Assembly (NCBI GenBank): GCA_965204535.1 | Contig: CBDBEV010000001.1 | Span: forward strand, 1,888,001 to 1,952,000 | Direction: 5' to 3' | Length of the DNA stretch: 64,000 nucleotides | Origin: a bacterium | GTDB lineage: Bacteria > UBA8248 | In this document: positions 46,442 to 56,447 of the stretch, one piece after another | Layout: each line of letters starts with the position of its first letter | Numbering within the stretch: the first letter of the stretch is position 1 | Made by a program: the position numbers and the translations under genes | Notes under the pieces: generated by a model | Seen by the model: only the letters and a program-made list of their open reading frames with translations | Databases searched by the model: none | Told to the model about the DNA's origin: nothing

Positions 46442-48895
46442 TCAGAACGCCCGCCGCCAGCCGGCGAGGAACGTGAGCCTGGAACCGGCGGAGGCGCTGT
46501 GGCCGGGGTTCTGGCTCCAGACGACGCCGAGTCGCAGCCGCCCCGCCGCCAGCGGCCTCTCCCAGGTGGCGGCCAGGTCGATCTGGCGCGCCTCGGGCGC
46601 GAGCGGCGAGGTGAGGGACGTGCGCAGCACCCGCCCCAGTTTGGTCCGCGCAGCAGGGAGAGTCAGCGCCGCCCGGCCGTCCTCGACGCGCAGGGGTTGC
46701 GCCAGGGAGAAGCGCACGGTGTCCCGACCCGTCACGGCGGCGCGCGCGTGCAGCGCGAACGCGCTGGTCGAGATCGGCGATACCTCCTCGATGAGCCCGC
46801 CACGGACTTGGGCGCGCGCGCTCCCCCATTCCGCGTCCGCCCCGAGACGCCACGCGCCGAGTCTCACGTCTCCCTCGAGGCGGATGAAGGCGGTGTCCGC
46901 CGCCAGCGACCCGAAGGCCCCCCGGCCCTCGCCCCCGAGGACGGTTCCACCCTCGGTGATCCACCCGAGGCGGAGGCCGAGCGGTGAGCCTTCCGGCCGC
47001 CAGCCCAGCGTCCCGCCCGTCGCGTCGCGCTCCCTGTTCGTCCCGAACACCGAGGCGGAAAGGCCCGCCCGGCCGGTGAGGGTCGCCGTCATCCCCCCCT
47101 CGGCGAGCGAGAGGTGGCCGCCGCCGGCTTCCGCCGGGGTCGTCTGCGCGCCGACCCCCCGCCGTTCGGGAACGGCCTCGCGCGCCCCGCCCGCCAGAAA
47201 ACGCCTGACTCTCGCGTCCACCGCCGGGCCCTTCGCCGTCGTCACGAAATCGCCCAGCCGGTACCAGAACGGCGCGCCCAGATCGTCGAGCGCCATGATC
47301 TCGTGGTTCCCGACCGACCGCGCGAGGGCGTTCCCGAACGGCGCTCCGAGACGCAGGCGCGTGGCGCGCAGATTGCTCCCGGCCCCGTTCGCGTTCGCGG
47401 CGACGGGAACCTCCGGGACGCCCACGGGGTGCGTGGCGGCGGCGAGGTCGAGTTTCCCCCTGCCGTAAACGGCCCTGTTCGCGTAGGCGCCGGTGTCGTC
47501 GGCGGTCTCGAAGAGGCGCGTCACCAGTTCGGTGTTCGAGAGCTGGTCCCGGAAGAGTTGCTTCATGATAGCGAGCCCGCCGGACACCATCGGCGCGGCG
47601 ACGGATGTTCCGCTGCTCCTCCCGACGCCCCGGACGGGCCGGGACGTGTCGGGATGGGGCCCGAACCAGGCGACCCGGACGTCTTCTCCGGGCGCCGCGA
47701 TGCAATAGTCCGCCGCGATGCCGCAGCGGTTGGAGAAGTCCGCGATGGTTCCGCCCGGCCCCAGCGCCGCGACGGCGACCGTATGTCCCCGGAGCTCCTC
47801 GACCCGCGCGGCGAGGCCCGCCAGCACCTCGGGCGAAACGGCGTTGATTTTCCCGTTCTCGCAGTGGGCCAGCGACGAAGCGCACGGCCTTCCGTGGGCG
47901 TTGCCGGCCGCCCAGACGAAAACGGCCTTATCAATGGCGCCCGCCTGCGCCATCGCGGTGATCGTCCGCCCCAGGCTGGCGCGGAGGTCGGCCTCATCGT
48001 AGTCGTCGATGATGCCTGGATAGCCGATGCTCAAGTTCAGGATGTCTACGCGCCTCGGGCCGTTTCGCCACGCCAGGACCCGGTTGAACCGCGACGCCCA
48101 CGAGGTGTCTGCGCCTCCCGGGCTCGCGAGAGAGACGGGGTTGTAATCGCCGACCGGGCTTTCCACGGGAATGGCGAACATGGCGATGTCGGCGTCCCAG
48201 GCGACGCCGTGCGGGCCGCGGGCGATGGTGTGGTCCCGGATTCCGGCGGCGACGCTCGCGACGGCCGTGCCGTGGGAGGACCTCGTGCCCGTCTCTTTCG
48301 AGGCGCCGCTCATGAACACCTCGGTGATCGTCTTTCCCGCGAACATCCGGTGTGCGGTATCGATGCCGCTGTCGATGAAGCCGATGGTCACGCCCGCGCC
48401 AGCGCCTGCGCCCTTGAGCAGGTGGACGTGGGCGTAGGCTCGGTCTGCGCCGACCGCCGCGAGACCCGGCTGGTTCCTGAAATTCCGGTGTCCGGCGTAT
48501 GTGCCGGCGAGCCGCCGCGCCCGGCTGTTGAAATCGTCGACCGGGGAGCAGGTTCCGTCGTGGAGCGGAACGCATTCTTGCGCCGGCGGTTGTTGGGGCG
48601 GCTGCGGCGGTTGTTGCGGTGGCGGCTGCGGTCGCACGGGCTCCGGCGGGGGTGGTTGCGGCTGCGGGGTTTTGGGCGTCACCGCGGCTTGCGGGCGCGC
48701 TCCCGAACCGCCGCCCCCGCAGTTCGTGAGGACGAGCATCGCGCAAAGGAGGACGGCGCATGCGGAGGCCCGGTTCAGCGCGAAGGCGGCGCCGACGCGC
48801 CCCCCATTCACGAGGAAGCGGCGCGGATGAACGCCGTCCGCGCCCTCGCACCGGCCCTTCGCCCCGCGTCCCGTTCCCCGTCCGGCAATCGCCAT
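46442..48895 (-). CDS. S8 subtilase with Pro/Gln linker and probable C-terminal beta-barrel (autotransporter-like lipoprotein)
   Basis: Triad FIDSG, SHGTAVA, GTSVAAP; WAAGN; LTNCGGGG lipobox-like; ends WRRAF. Start uncertain. Confidence 0.85.
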   Translation of the reverse strand: MAIAGRGTGRGAKGRCEGADGVHPRRFLVNGGRVGAAFALNRASACAVLLCAMLVLTNCGGGGSGARPQAAVTPKTPQPQPPPPEPVRPQPPPQQPPQPPQQPPAQECVPLHDGTCSPVDDFNSRARRLAGTYAGHRNFRNQPGLAAVGADRAYAHVHLLKGAGAGAGVTIGFIDSGIDTAHRMFAGKTITEVFMSGASKETGTRSSHGTAVASVAAGIRDHTIARGPHGVAWDADIAMFAIPVESPVGDYNPVSLASPGGADTSWASRFNRVLAWRNGPRRVDILNLSIGYPGIIDDYDEADLRASLGRTITAMAQAGAIDKAVFVWAAGNAHGRPCASSLAHCENGKINAVSPEVLAGLAARVEELRGHTVAVAALGPGGTIADFSNRCGIAADYCIAAPGEDVRVAWFGPHPDTSRPVRGVGRSSGTSVAAPMVSGGLAIMKQLFRDQLSNTELVTRLFETADDTGAYANRAVYGRGKLDLAAATHPVGVPEVPVAANANGAGSNLRATRLRLGAPFGNALARSVGNHEIMALDDLGAPFWYRLGDFVTTAKGPAVDARVRRFLAGGAREAVPERRGVGAQTTPAEAGGGHLSLAEGGMTATLTGRAGLSASVFGTNRERDATGGTLGWRPEGSPLGLRLGWITEGGTVLGGEGRGAFGSLAADTAFIRLEGDVRLGAWRLGADAEWGSARAQVRGGLIEEVSPISTSAFALHARAAVTGRDTVRFSLAQPLRVEDGRAALTLPAARTKLGRVLRTSLTSPLAPEARQIDLAATWERPLAAGRLRLGVVWSQNPGHSASAGSRLTFLAGWRRAF

Positions 48896-49134
48896 GTCGC
48901 TTTCCGGTCCCCTCGACCGCTCGCTTCGGTCGCCGTCCCGGTGGACTGCATGCCATGGCCCTATTTTGCAGAAATGTTCCGGGCAAGTATAGCGCCGAAT
49001 CGCGGCGCCGTGCGTCCGGCGCTTCGGTGCGGACGGTGAAAAGGGGTCGGTGAGTTCCGATATGTGATCGGCGATGTCCGTATGGAAGGGCTGCGAGAAA
49101 CCCGGGTTTCCTTCAGACCCGCCCGTATGAAAGA

Positions 49135-49220
49135 TGGCGGAGGGAGAGGGATTCGAACCCCCGGAGCTTTCGCTCAGTGGTTTTCAAGACCACCGCCTTC
49201 GGCCGCTCGGCCATCCCTCC
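49135..49220 (-). tRNA. tRNA-Ser(TGA)
   Basis: GGAGGGA acceptor stem, anticodon arm GTGGT-CT-TGA-AA-ACCAC, variable arm, GGTTCGAATCC, CCA. Confidence 0.97.
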
Positions 49221-49274
49221 GCGAAAAAGCCGCTCCCATTATTCTAGCACGTCGAGATGGGGTTTTCCGCCGTC

Positions 49275-49350
49275 GTAGGGACAACCCCCCGTGGTTGTCC
49301 TTTCTTAGATCGGGCGCGTGTGTCGGACAGGCGCGGGGGCCTGTCCTTAC
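49275..49350. repeat. GTAG-type REP doublet
   Basis: GTAGGGACAACCCCCGTGGTTGTCC and inverted GGACAGGCGCGGGGGCCTGTCCTTAC. Confidence 0.75.
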
Positions 49351-49449
49351 GGGCTTGAACGGAAGATGAAAAGAAGTCTTTTTCCGGTTCGTGAGCGGTG
49401 ATAAACTGGAGGGTACGGAATCTTCGCCGGTCGGGAGGTTGAGCGCATC

Positions 49450-50154
49450 GTGAAAAAGCAGGTTTCACGCCATAGGGATTTGGCTCCGTTCGCCCTGAGC
49501 CTCGAAGAAATGCGGGGAGTCTGCTCTTCGTTGTCGGAGGAGTTCGACAATCCGGATGAAGTTTCTGTCTCGATCGACGTGAAACTCCCCGGCGGAGTGC
49601 GTCTGGAGTTTGAAAGCGTTGAAGAAATGATGGGGCATCCATCGTTACCCGACATCATCAAAGAATATAACATCCGGATCGGGGGGAAACGCATCTTTGA
49701 TAGGGACGGGAAAGAGCAATCTCTTCGGATTGGGTATTCAAATTTTTTGGGGGCGAAAGCGACCATTTCTGCGCGTTCCGAGAAAGAGGGGTGGTGCGCC
49801 GGAGTCATTGAGACAGCTTCCTCTGTTTTGCGCAAGCATAGGGTCTGGCATCATTGGGTTCCCCGCAATTTTTTCTTTTGGATGATTGTTTATCCTCTTT
49901 CCTGTTTTGGTTTTCTTCTTTATTTTGGATGGTCTGAGTACAAGGTTCGGTTTGATTTGCTACTTATTTCTTTGATTCCTGCTTGGCTCATGTGTTTTGC
50001 GTCAAACCGTATACTTCCTGCGAGTGCGATACGGGTGAGGGAGAAGGAAGGTTTTTTGCGCCGTTACTCTACAGAAATCAAAGTGGTTGCTGGTCTGGTT
50101 TCGGCTGTCGCCTTGACTATCGCCTTATTCAAAAATTGGACATTTGGTTCGTAG
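49450..50154 (+). CDS. Hypothetical membrane protein (soluble N-domain plus about 3 C-terminal TM helices)
   Basis: 234-codon lower-GC ORF with a GGAGG RBS-like motif; hydrophobic C-terminal segments. Confidence 0.65.
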   Translation: MKKQVSRHRDLAPFALSLEEMRGVCSSLSEEFDNPDEVSVSIDVKLPGGVRLEFESVEEMMGHPSLPDIIKEYNIRIGGKRIFDRDGKEQSLRIGYSNFLGAKATISARSEKEGWCAGVIETASSVLRKHRVWHHWVPRNFFFWMIVYPLSCFGFLLYFGWSEYKVRFDLLLISLIPAWLMCFASNRILPASAIRVREKEGFLRRYSTEIKVVAGLVSAVALTIALFKNWTFGS

Positions 50155-50407
50155 GCGGACGTTCTCCTCGCCGGCGCTTGCGCCACGCTCAGGTGAGGGC
50201 CTTGTTCATCGAATCGCATGAGAATGCAGTCACTTCTTCCCGCCGGTAGTTTGCACATATCGACTAAAATATGTGTTAATAATAAGTGTCTGGCAACGAT
50301 TAGTCGGCGAAAGGTGTTAATTTAACATGCTTCGCATATATATTGTTGGGATATGGTATTATGTTTTGATGTTTTTTGGGCCAATACACACCGAAAGGAA
50401 GTAGAGG

Positions 50408-51643
50408 GTGGATCATTCAGAAGAGATTTCTTTCCGAGCCAAAATAGGACTCGCTTTTCAGCCCGGAACGCCGATTGACAGCCTTGATTTGTTTTCCGGC
50501 AGACGAGAACAAACCAAAGACATTATAAATGCAGTCTTTCAGAAGGGGCAGCACGCCATCATTTTCGGGGAGCCCGGCGTAGGAAAAACTTCACTCGTTC
50601 GCGTACTCGCCGAAATTCTGTCCTTCGAGAACCTGCAGTTTCTCAGTTCCGGCACCATCAATTGCGATCGTCAGGATACCTTCGATTCATTGTGGGGCAA
50701 GGTTTTCCGGGAATTGAAATTCAATTTGACCAAGCTGGAGGCCGGGTTCGGTTCCGGAGAAAAGCAATTCGAAATCTCCATGGAAGGCGCTCGCACGCAG
50801 CAGCCGGATGACATCAGGCACGGCCTGGATTTGATTGGGCGTGAAATCATCATCATCATCGATGAGTTGGACAGATTGAAAAATGAAAGCGAAAATACAT
50901 CTGCATTGTTGGCCGATACCATCAAGAATCTATCCGACCACGCCACTAAGGTTACCATCATTCTCGTCGGTGTAGGCAACTCCGTGGATCAGCTTGTTTC
51001 GGAGCATAAATCTATCGAGCGGTGCCTTGTTCAGGTGCCGATGCCGAGGATGAGCAACGATGAATTGGTGTCTATTCTGGATACCGGAATGCAAAAGTGC
51101 GGCATGGAAATGAAAGACGAAGCGAAAGAATACATATCGAAGCTGTCTCAGGGGTTGCCTCATTTCACGCATTTGCTCGGGCAATACTCTGCATATGAGG
51201 CGCTGGAACGTCAAAGAACAAGCGTGGATGTAGAAGACGTGCATCACGCGATCAGAAACGCGGTGCAGAAATCGCACAGCCTGCTGAGCGTGCATACGAG
51301 AGCCGTTTCGAGTCCCCAAAAAAATATCTACAAGGAAGTCCTGACCGCATGCGCACTGACCGAAACGGATCCGCTCGGGTATTTCCCGGCATCGGCCGTT
51401 TCCGGGCCTCTTTCGGAAATCACGGGAAAAAACTACTACATTCCGGCTTTTGCGAGACATTTGAACGATTTTTGTCTGGACAAGCGCGGTTCGGTGCTTC
51501 AAAAAACCGGAGCGCCCAGAAGTTACAGATATCGTTTCGTTAATCCCCTGATGAGGCCCTTCACCGTCCTTCATGGACTCTCGACGAATTTGCTCAATGA
51601 TGAGATCATATACAAATCGAAGCAGAGCGAGGATATTGTTTAG
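50408..51643 (+). CDS. AAA+ ATPase (ORC1/CDC6- or STAND-like) with probable winged-helix C-terminus
   Basis: FSGRRE, Walker A GEPGVGKTS, Walker B IIIIDE, SQGLPHF. Confidence 0.85.
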   Translation: MDHSEEISFRAKIGLAFQPGTPIDSLDLFSGRREQTKDIINAVFQKGQHAIIFGEPGVGKTSLVRVLAEILSFENLQFLSSGTINCDRQDTFDSLWGKVFRELKFNLTKLEAGFGSGEKQFEISMEGARTQQPDDIRHGLDLIGREIIIIIDELDRLKNESENTSALLADTIKNLSDHATKVTIILVGVGNSVDQLVSEHKSIERCLVQVPMPRMSNDELVSILDTGMQKCGMEMKDEAKEYISKLSQGLPHFTHLLGQYSAYEALERQRTSVDVEDVHHAIRNAVQKSHSLLSVHTRAVSSPQKNIYKEVLTACALTETDPLGYFPASAVSGPLSEITGKNYYIPAFARHLNDFCLDKRGSVLQKTGAPRSYRYRFVNPLMRPFTVLHGLSTNLLNDEIIYKSKQSEDIV

Positions 51644-51784
51644 ACTTTTTTGTTTTTTCATGGTTCCGTTGTTTTTCGACGGGGCGGAATCCTGTCGCGC
51701 CCGCAAAACCCGCTTGAATCGGCGATGCGGGCATTTTAGGCTGTCGCCTCCCGCCCGTATGTGTAACCAAACTAGGGAACACCC

Positions 51785-53341
51785 ATGCCGACACTGAACT
51801 GGCTGACGAGAGACGAGGACGTTCACGCTACGTCGCGCACGCCCTACCGCCTGCTGGAGGAGGCGTCCGATCTGTCCGCTGGAGACAAAGAGACGGGCAA
51901 CATGCTCGTTCAGGGCGACAACCTGAAGGCGTTGAAAGCCCTTCTGCCCTTCTACGCCGGGCGGGTGAAGTGCGTCTACATTGACCCGCCCTACAACACG
52001 CGCTCCGCTTTCGAGCATTACGACGACAATCTGGAGCATACAAAATGGCTGGCGATGATGTGGCCTCGCCTCGAACTCCTGCGCGACCTGCTGGCGGATG
52101 ACGGGTCGATATGGGTGTCCATCGACGACAACGAGGGGCATTACCTTAAGGTCGTCATGGATGAGGTTTTTGGTCGACGTAACTTCATCGCCAATACCCT
52201 GTGGCAGAAGATATTCTCCCCCAAGAACACAGCACGCCACTTCTCAGACGATCATGACCATATTCTTATCTTTGCACGGAATGCGGAGCAGTGGATACCT
52301 AATCCAATGCCTCGTTCGGAGCGAATGAACAAAAACTATAAGAATCCCGACAACGATCCTCGTGGGCCTTGGACATCGGGTGATGTCTCGGCTCGGAATT
52401 TCTACGGTGCGGGTACATACTCCATTACATGTCCCAGCGGTCGCGTTATTCCAGGGCCACCGAATGGAATGTACTGGCGTGTATCCGAAGAGCGTTTCTG
52501 GGAAATGGATCGCGATGAGCGCATCTGGTGGGGAAAAGACGGGAATAACACACCGAGGATCAAGCGCTTCCTTTCTGAGGTGAAGCAAGGCGTTGTACCA
52601 CAAACCTTGTGGATGAATACGGAGGTTGGAAACACGCAAGAAGCCAAGAAAGAAGTGGTCGCGTTGTTTGGCGAAGTTAATTTTATGACCCCAAAGCCGG
52701 AACGTCTCATCCAACGCATTCTTCAAATCGCCACGAACCCCGGCGATTTCGTCCTAGATTCCTTTCTCGGCTCCGGCACGACGGCGGCGGTCGCGCACAA
52801 GATGGACCGCCGCTGGATCGGTGTCGAGATGGGCGAACACGCCGTAACGCACTGCGCGCCCCGAATGAACAAGGTTATCGAAGGGGAACAAGGCGGCGTG
52901 TCGAAATCCCTCGATTGGCGCGGTGGCGGGGGCTTTCGTTTCTACCGCCTGGGGCCGCCCGTGTTCGACGAAGAGGGCCATATTCGCAGCGACGTTCGCT
53001 TCCCCGTTCTGGCGGCCCACGTCTGGTTTAGTGAAACCGAACGCCCCTGGAGCGGAGAGGGGGATTCGCCCCTGCTCGGCGTCCACGGCGGGCGAGCCTA
53101 TGCGCTGCTCTACAACGGCGTTCTGGGCGACAGGCGAGTGAACGGCGGAAACGTGCTCACGCGCCCGGTGCTCAAGGCTATCCGGGAGAAGATCGCCGAA
53201 TCGCATCCGCGCTTTACCGAAGAAACGCCCGGCTATCCGCTCACCGTCTACGGAGAACGCTCGCGCCTGTCGGCGGCGACGCTGGAGCGCGAGGCGATTA
53301 CCTTCAAGCAGACGCCCTACGACGTGAAGGCGCGGGGCTGA
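51785..53341 (+). CDS. mod: Type III R-M DNA methyltransferase (Mod)
   Basis: QGDNL, YIDPPYNT, SIDDNE, TPKPERL, LDSFLGSGTT. Confidence 0.93.
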   Translation: MPTLNWLTRDEDVHATSRTPYRLLEEASDLSAGDKETGNMLVQGDNLKALKALLPFYAGRVKCVYIDPPYNTRSAFEHYDDNLEHTKWLAMMWPRLELLRDLLADDGSIWVSIDDNEGHYLKVVMDEVFGRRNFIANTLWQKIFSPKNTARHFSDDHDHILIFARNAEQWIPNPMPRSERMNKNYKNPDNDPRGPWTSGDVSARNFYGAGTYSITCPSGRVIPGPPNGMYWRVSEERFWEMDRDERIWWGKDGNNTPRIKRFLSEVKQGVVPQTLWMNTEVGNTQEAKKEVVALFGEVNFMTPKPERLIQRILQIATNPGDFVLDSFLGSGTTAAVAHKMDRRWIGVEMGEHAVTHCAPRMNKVIEGEQGGVSKSLDWRGGGGFRFYRLGPPVFDEEGHIRSDVRFPVLAAHVWFSETERPWSGEGDSPLLGVHGGRAYALLYNGVLGDRRVNGGNVLTRPVLKAIREKIAESHPRFTEETPGYPLTVYGERSRLSAATLEREAITFKQTPYDVKARG

Positions 53342-53349
53342 GGAGCGTC

Positions 53350-55983
53350 GTGGAACTCAAACGCTATCAGGCGGAGACCCTCGCCGTCCTGCGCCGCTTT
53401 CTGGAGGACGCACGGGTCGCCGGGCCGAAGGGAGCCTATGAGGCGATCACGGGTGAGCCGGAACAAGCCGCGCGGCTGCGCGACTACGGCGAGAGCTACG
53501 CGCCGCTCACAGCGCTGCCGGACGTTCCCTGCGTCTGTCTGCGCCTGCCCACGGGCGGGGGCAAGACGATTCTGGGCGCGCACGCCGTGGGAATCGCGCG
53601 CGACGCATGGATCGAAAAGGACTTTCCGCTCGTCCTCTGGCTCGCGCCGACGAACACCATCCGCCGCCAGACGGTAGAAGCGCTCAAGAACACACGCCAC
53701 GCGTACCGGCAAGTTCTCGATGCGTTGTTTGCGGGCCGGGTGCGCGTTTTCGACATCGCGGATTTCACGCACCTGCGCCCGCACGACGTGCGCGATAACT
53801 GCTGCGTCGTCGTCGGAACCATCCAGACGCTGCGGGTTACGAACACGGAAGGCCGCAAGGTCTACGCCCACAACGAAGAGATGGAGCCGCACTTCTCCGT
53901 CCTGCCGCAAACCGCGCCGGGTCTGGAGAGACTGAAGAACGGCGCAGTGAAGTTCTCCTTCGCCAACCTCATGCACGTTCACCGCCCGCTCATGATCGTG
54001 GACGAGTCGCACAACGCCGTAACAGGACTGACGCGCGAGATGCAGGCGCGGGTGAACCCGTGCGCCATCGTCGAGTTCACGGCGACGCCGAGGCGTGGGT
54101 CGAACATCCTGCACAGCGTGACGGCCCAGGAATTGAAAGACGAGGAGATGATCAAGCTGCCGGTCATGCTCTCCGAGCACCAGACCTGGCAGGAAGCGGT
54201 GAGCGGAGCTATCGCCACGCGGGCCGGGCTGGCCGAGAAGGCGAAGGGAGATAGAGACTACATCCGCCCCGTCGTTTTGTTTCAGGCGCAAAAAAGGAAT
54301 CAGGCGGTGCCAGTCGCCGCGCTGAAAGAATACTTGATGGACACAGAGAACATCCCCGAGGAGAAAATCGCCGTCGCTACGGGCAATCAGCGGGAACTGG
54401 ACGGGGTCGATCTCTTCGACAGAAACTGCCCTGTCGAATACGTCATCACGGTGGAAGCCTTGAAGGAAGGATGGGATTGCTCTTTCGCCTACGTCTTCTG
54501 CTCCGTCTCGCGCATCAAGAATGCGACGGACGTGGAGCAACTGCTGGGCCGCGTTCTGCGGATGCCCTACGCGAAACGGCGCGGAGACGCCGAACTGAAT
54601 AAGGCCCACGCCCATCTCTCCGAGCAGTCTTTCGGGACTTCGGCCCGTGCGCTCGTGGACAAACTGGTGGCGATGGGCTTCGAGGAAAGCGAGGCGCTCG
54701 ACAACATCGAGCCTGTTCAGCGTGAACTCATTCAACCCGGCGGTTTTTTTCCTCCGAGAGATAGACCCGTATTCCGGCACAAGGTGGCGGCGACGCCGGA
54801 AACGCTGGAGGTGCTGGAGAAGAGACAAGGCGCGGGCGTGGCCTTGCGCGAGACGAAAGCGGGCGAAGTCGAATTCGAGATAACTGGATGGGTGAGCGAG
54901 CGTCTGGAGAGAGAAATCGCAGGCGTGCTTCCCGATGCCGAGAGGGAGAACTTCACCCAAGAGGTGCGGAGCTATCGTGTCGAGGTAGAGGATCGGGTAT
55001 CCCCCGCCGAGCGGGGCGAGACGTTCAGAGCTCCCCGTTTGATGGCGGAAGTTCAGGGCGAACTGGTATTCGCCGAAACCGACAGGTTCATGGACGATCA
55101 CGACTGGTCGCTGCTCGATTACTCCTCCCGCATGGAGGAGGGGGAGTTCGCGGTACGGGCGACGGCGAACGTCTTCGAAGTCGATCTCGACGGAAAGCGC
55201 GTCATCTATCGCTCCGCCGGCGAGGAAGCGCAACTCCCGCTTGACGCCGGTCCCGAAGACTGGAAACCCGAGGGACTCGTCCGATGGCTCACCGGACAAA
55301 CCCGGCAGATCGACATCCATCCGCAAGAGCTTCTTAAATGGCTCTCGGAAATGGTTCACCACTTGATGCAGAATCGGGGCATCGCCATTTCCGCGCTGAT
55401 GCGGTGCAAGTTCATCCTCGCCCGCAAGGCGAAGGAGAAGATAGACGCGATCCGCCAACAGGAGCGCGAGAAGGTCTATCAGCGCCATCTGTTCGCGCCC
55501 GAAGCGAAGGTGGAGGCATCCTTCCACCATCCTTTTCTTTTCGAGGAGGAGATGTACGTCGAACAGCTACGCTATCGCGGAAGCTGGAGGCCGAACAAGT
55601 GCTTTTTCGCTTTCGACCGGATGCCCGCCTTCGACGGCGCGGAGGGCGGCGAAGAGTTTCAGTGCGCGCAGGTGATCGATTCTTTGCCGGGCCTCAAGCA
55701 TTGGATTCGCAACGTGGCCCGCCACCCGCGTTCGTTTTGTCTGCCTACGGCGATCGGCATGTTCTACCCGGACTTCGTCGCCGAGATGGAGGACGGGCGT
55801 CTCCTCGTCGTCGAATACAAGGGGGAGCATCTCGCCACGGGAGACGACACCGCTGAGAAGCGCGCCATCGGCGCACTATGGGAGAAGCAATCCGGCAACC
55901 TGTTCATCGTCGTGGAGAGGATGGTGGAGGGCAAGGACATGCGCGCACAACTCCTAGAGAAGATCGGCGCGGCGAGCGGGTAG
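53350..55983 (+). CDS. res: Type III R-M restriction subunit (Res; SF2 helicase plus PD-(D/E)xK nuclease)
   Basis: PTGGGKT, IVDESH, FTATP, LKEGWD, QLLGRVLR, FYPDF..VVEYKG. Confidence 0.92.
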   Translation: MELKRYQAETLAVLRRFLEDARVAGPKGAYEAITGEPEQAARLRDYGESYAPLTALPDVPCVCLRLPTGGGKTILGAHAVGIARDAWIEKDFPLVLWLAPTNTIRRQTVEALKNTRHAYRQVLDALFAGRVRVFDIADFTHLRPHDVRDNCCVVVGTIQTLRVTNTEGRKVYAHNEEMEPHFSVLPQTAPGLERLKNGAVKFSFANLMHVHRPLMIVDESHNAVTGLTREMQARVNPCAIVEFTATPRRGSNILHSVTAQELKDEEMIKLPVMLSEHQTWQEAVSGAIATRAGLAEKAKGDRDYIRPVVLFQAQKRNQAVPVAALKEYLMDTENIPEEKIAVATGNQRELDGVDLFDRNCPVEYVITVEALKEGWDCSFAYVFCSVSRIKNATDVEQLLGRVLRMPYAKRRGDAELNKAHAHLSEQSFGTSARALVDKLVAMGFEESEALDNIEPVQRELIQPGGFFPPRDRPVFRHKVAATPETLEVLEKRQGAGVALRETKAGEVEFEITGWVSERLEREIAGVLPDAERENFTQEVRSYRVEVEDRVSPAERGETFRAPRLMAEVQGELVFAETDRFMDDHDWSLLDYSSRMEEGEFAVRATANVFEVDLDGKRVIYRSAGEEAQLPLDAGPEDWKPEGLVRWLTGQTRQIDIHPQELLKWLSEMVHHLMQNRGIAISALMRCKFILARKAKEKIDAIRQQEREKVYQRHLFAPEAKVEASFHHPFLFEEEMYVEQLRYRGSWRPNKCFFAFDRMPAFDGAEGGEEFQCAQVIDSLPGLKHWIRNVARHPRSFCLPTAIGMFYPDFVAEMEDGRLLVVEYKGEHLATGDDTAEKRAIGALWEKQSGNLFIVVERMVEGKDMRAQLLEKIGAASG

Positions 55984-56006
55984 AGGGGACACCCCTCTCG
56001 ACTGGA

Positions 56007-56041
56007 AAAGCAACCCCCCCTACCCCCCCTTGTCAGGGGGG
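56007..56041. repeat. CCCCCCTACCCCCCCTTGTCAGGGGGG repeat copy
   Basis: Same unit as near 15193, 35174, 35564, 39628, 39737 and 46383. Confidence 0.75.
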
Positions 56042-56447
56042 TAAAAGCGATGCCCCCGAGGAGGGGGTCGGGGCGTTCGCGGCGGGGCGCATTTCCCCGC
56101 AATTGCCGTACTCTGTGAAATCGCGGATTCGGGTATCGTGCGCGCGGCGAAGAAAAGCGGGAATCGCCGCCCGCGCGCCCTCATCAGGAAGGGGCGGAAA
56201 TCGTTTCGAGGAGAGAAATCATGCTCATGGATTCAGGAATGACGGTGGAAATGAAAATAATGATATTTCCTGAAAAACTCGATAAATTCACGGGGTTTTT
56301 CGATAAATTTCTGAAAAATAATGGTCAGATAAAGCATTGTAATCAAAAGGATTATCATATAAATCTGAGCGTATCACACTCAGATATAGCGGCAAAAAAA
56401 GTTTTTCGCCTCCCGCGCATTTCCCCGCAACTGCCCGCAACAGGGCA

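Noticed and set aside
49135-49220. tRNA with TGA in the anticodon loop as a possible Sec or suppressor tRNA
   Set aside because: Anticodon TGA reads UCA (Ser) and the acceptor stem is 7 bp. The real tRNA-Sec (anticodon TCA) is at 57499-57595.
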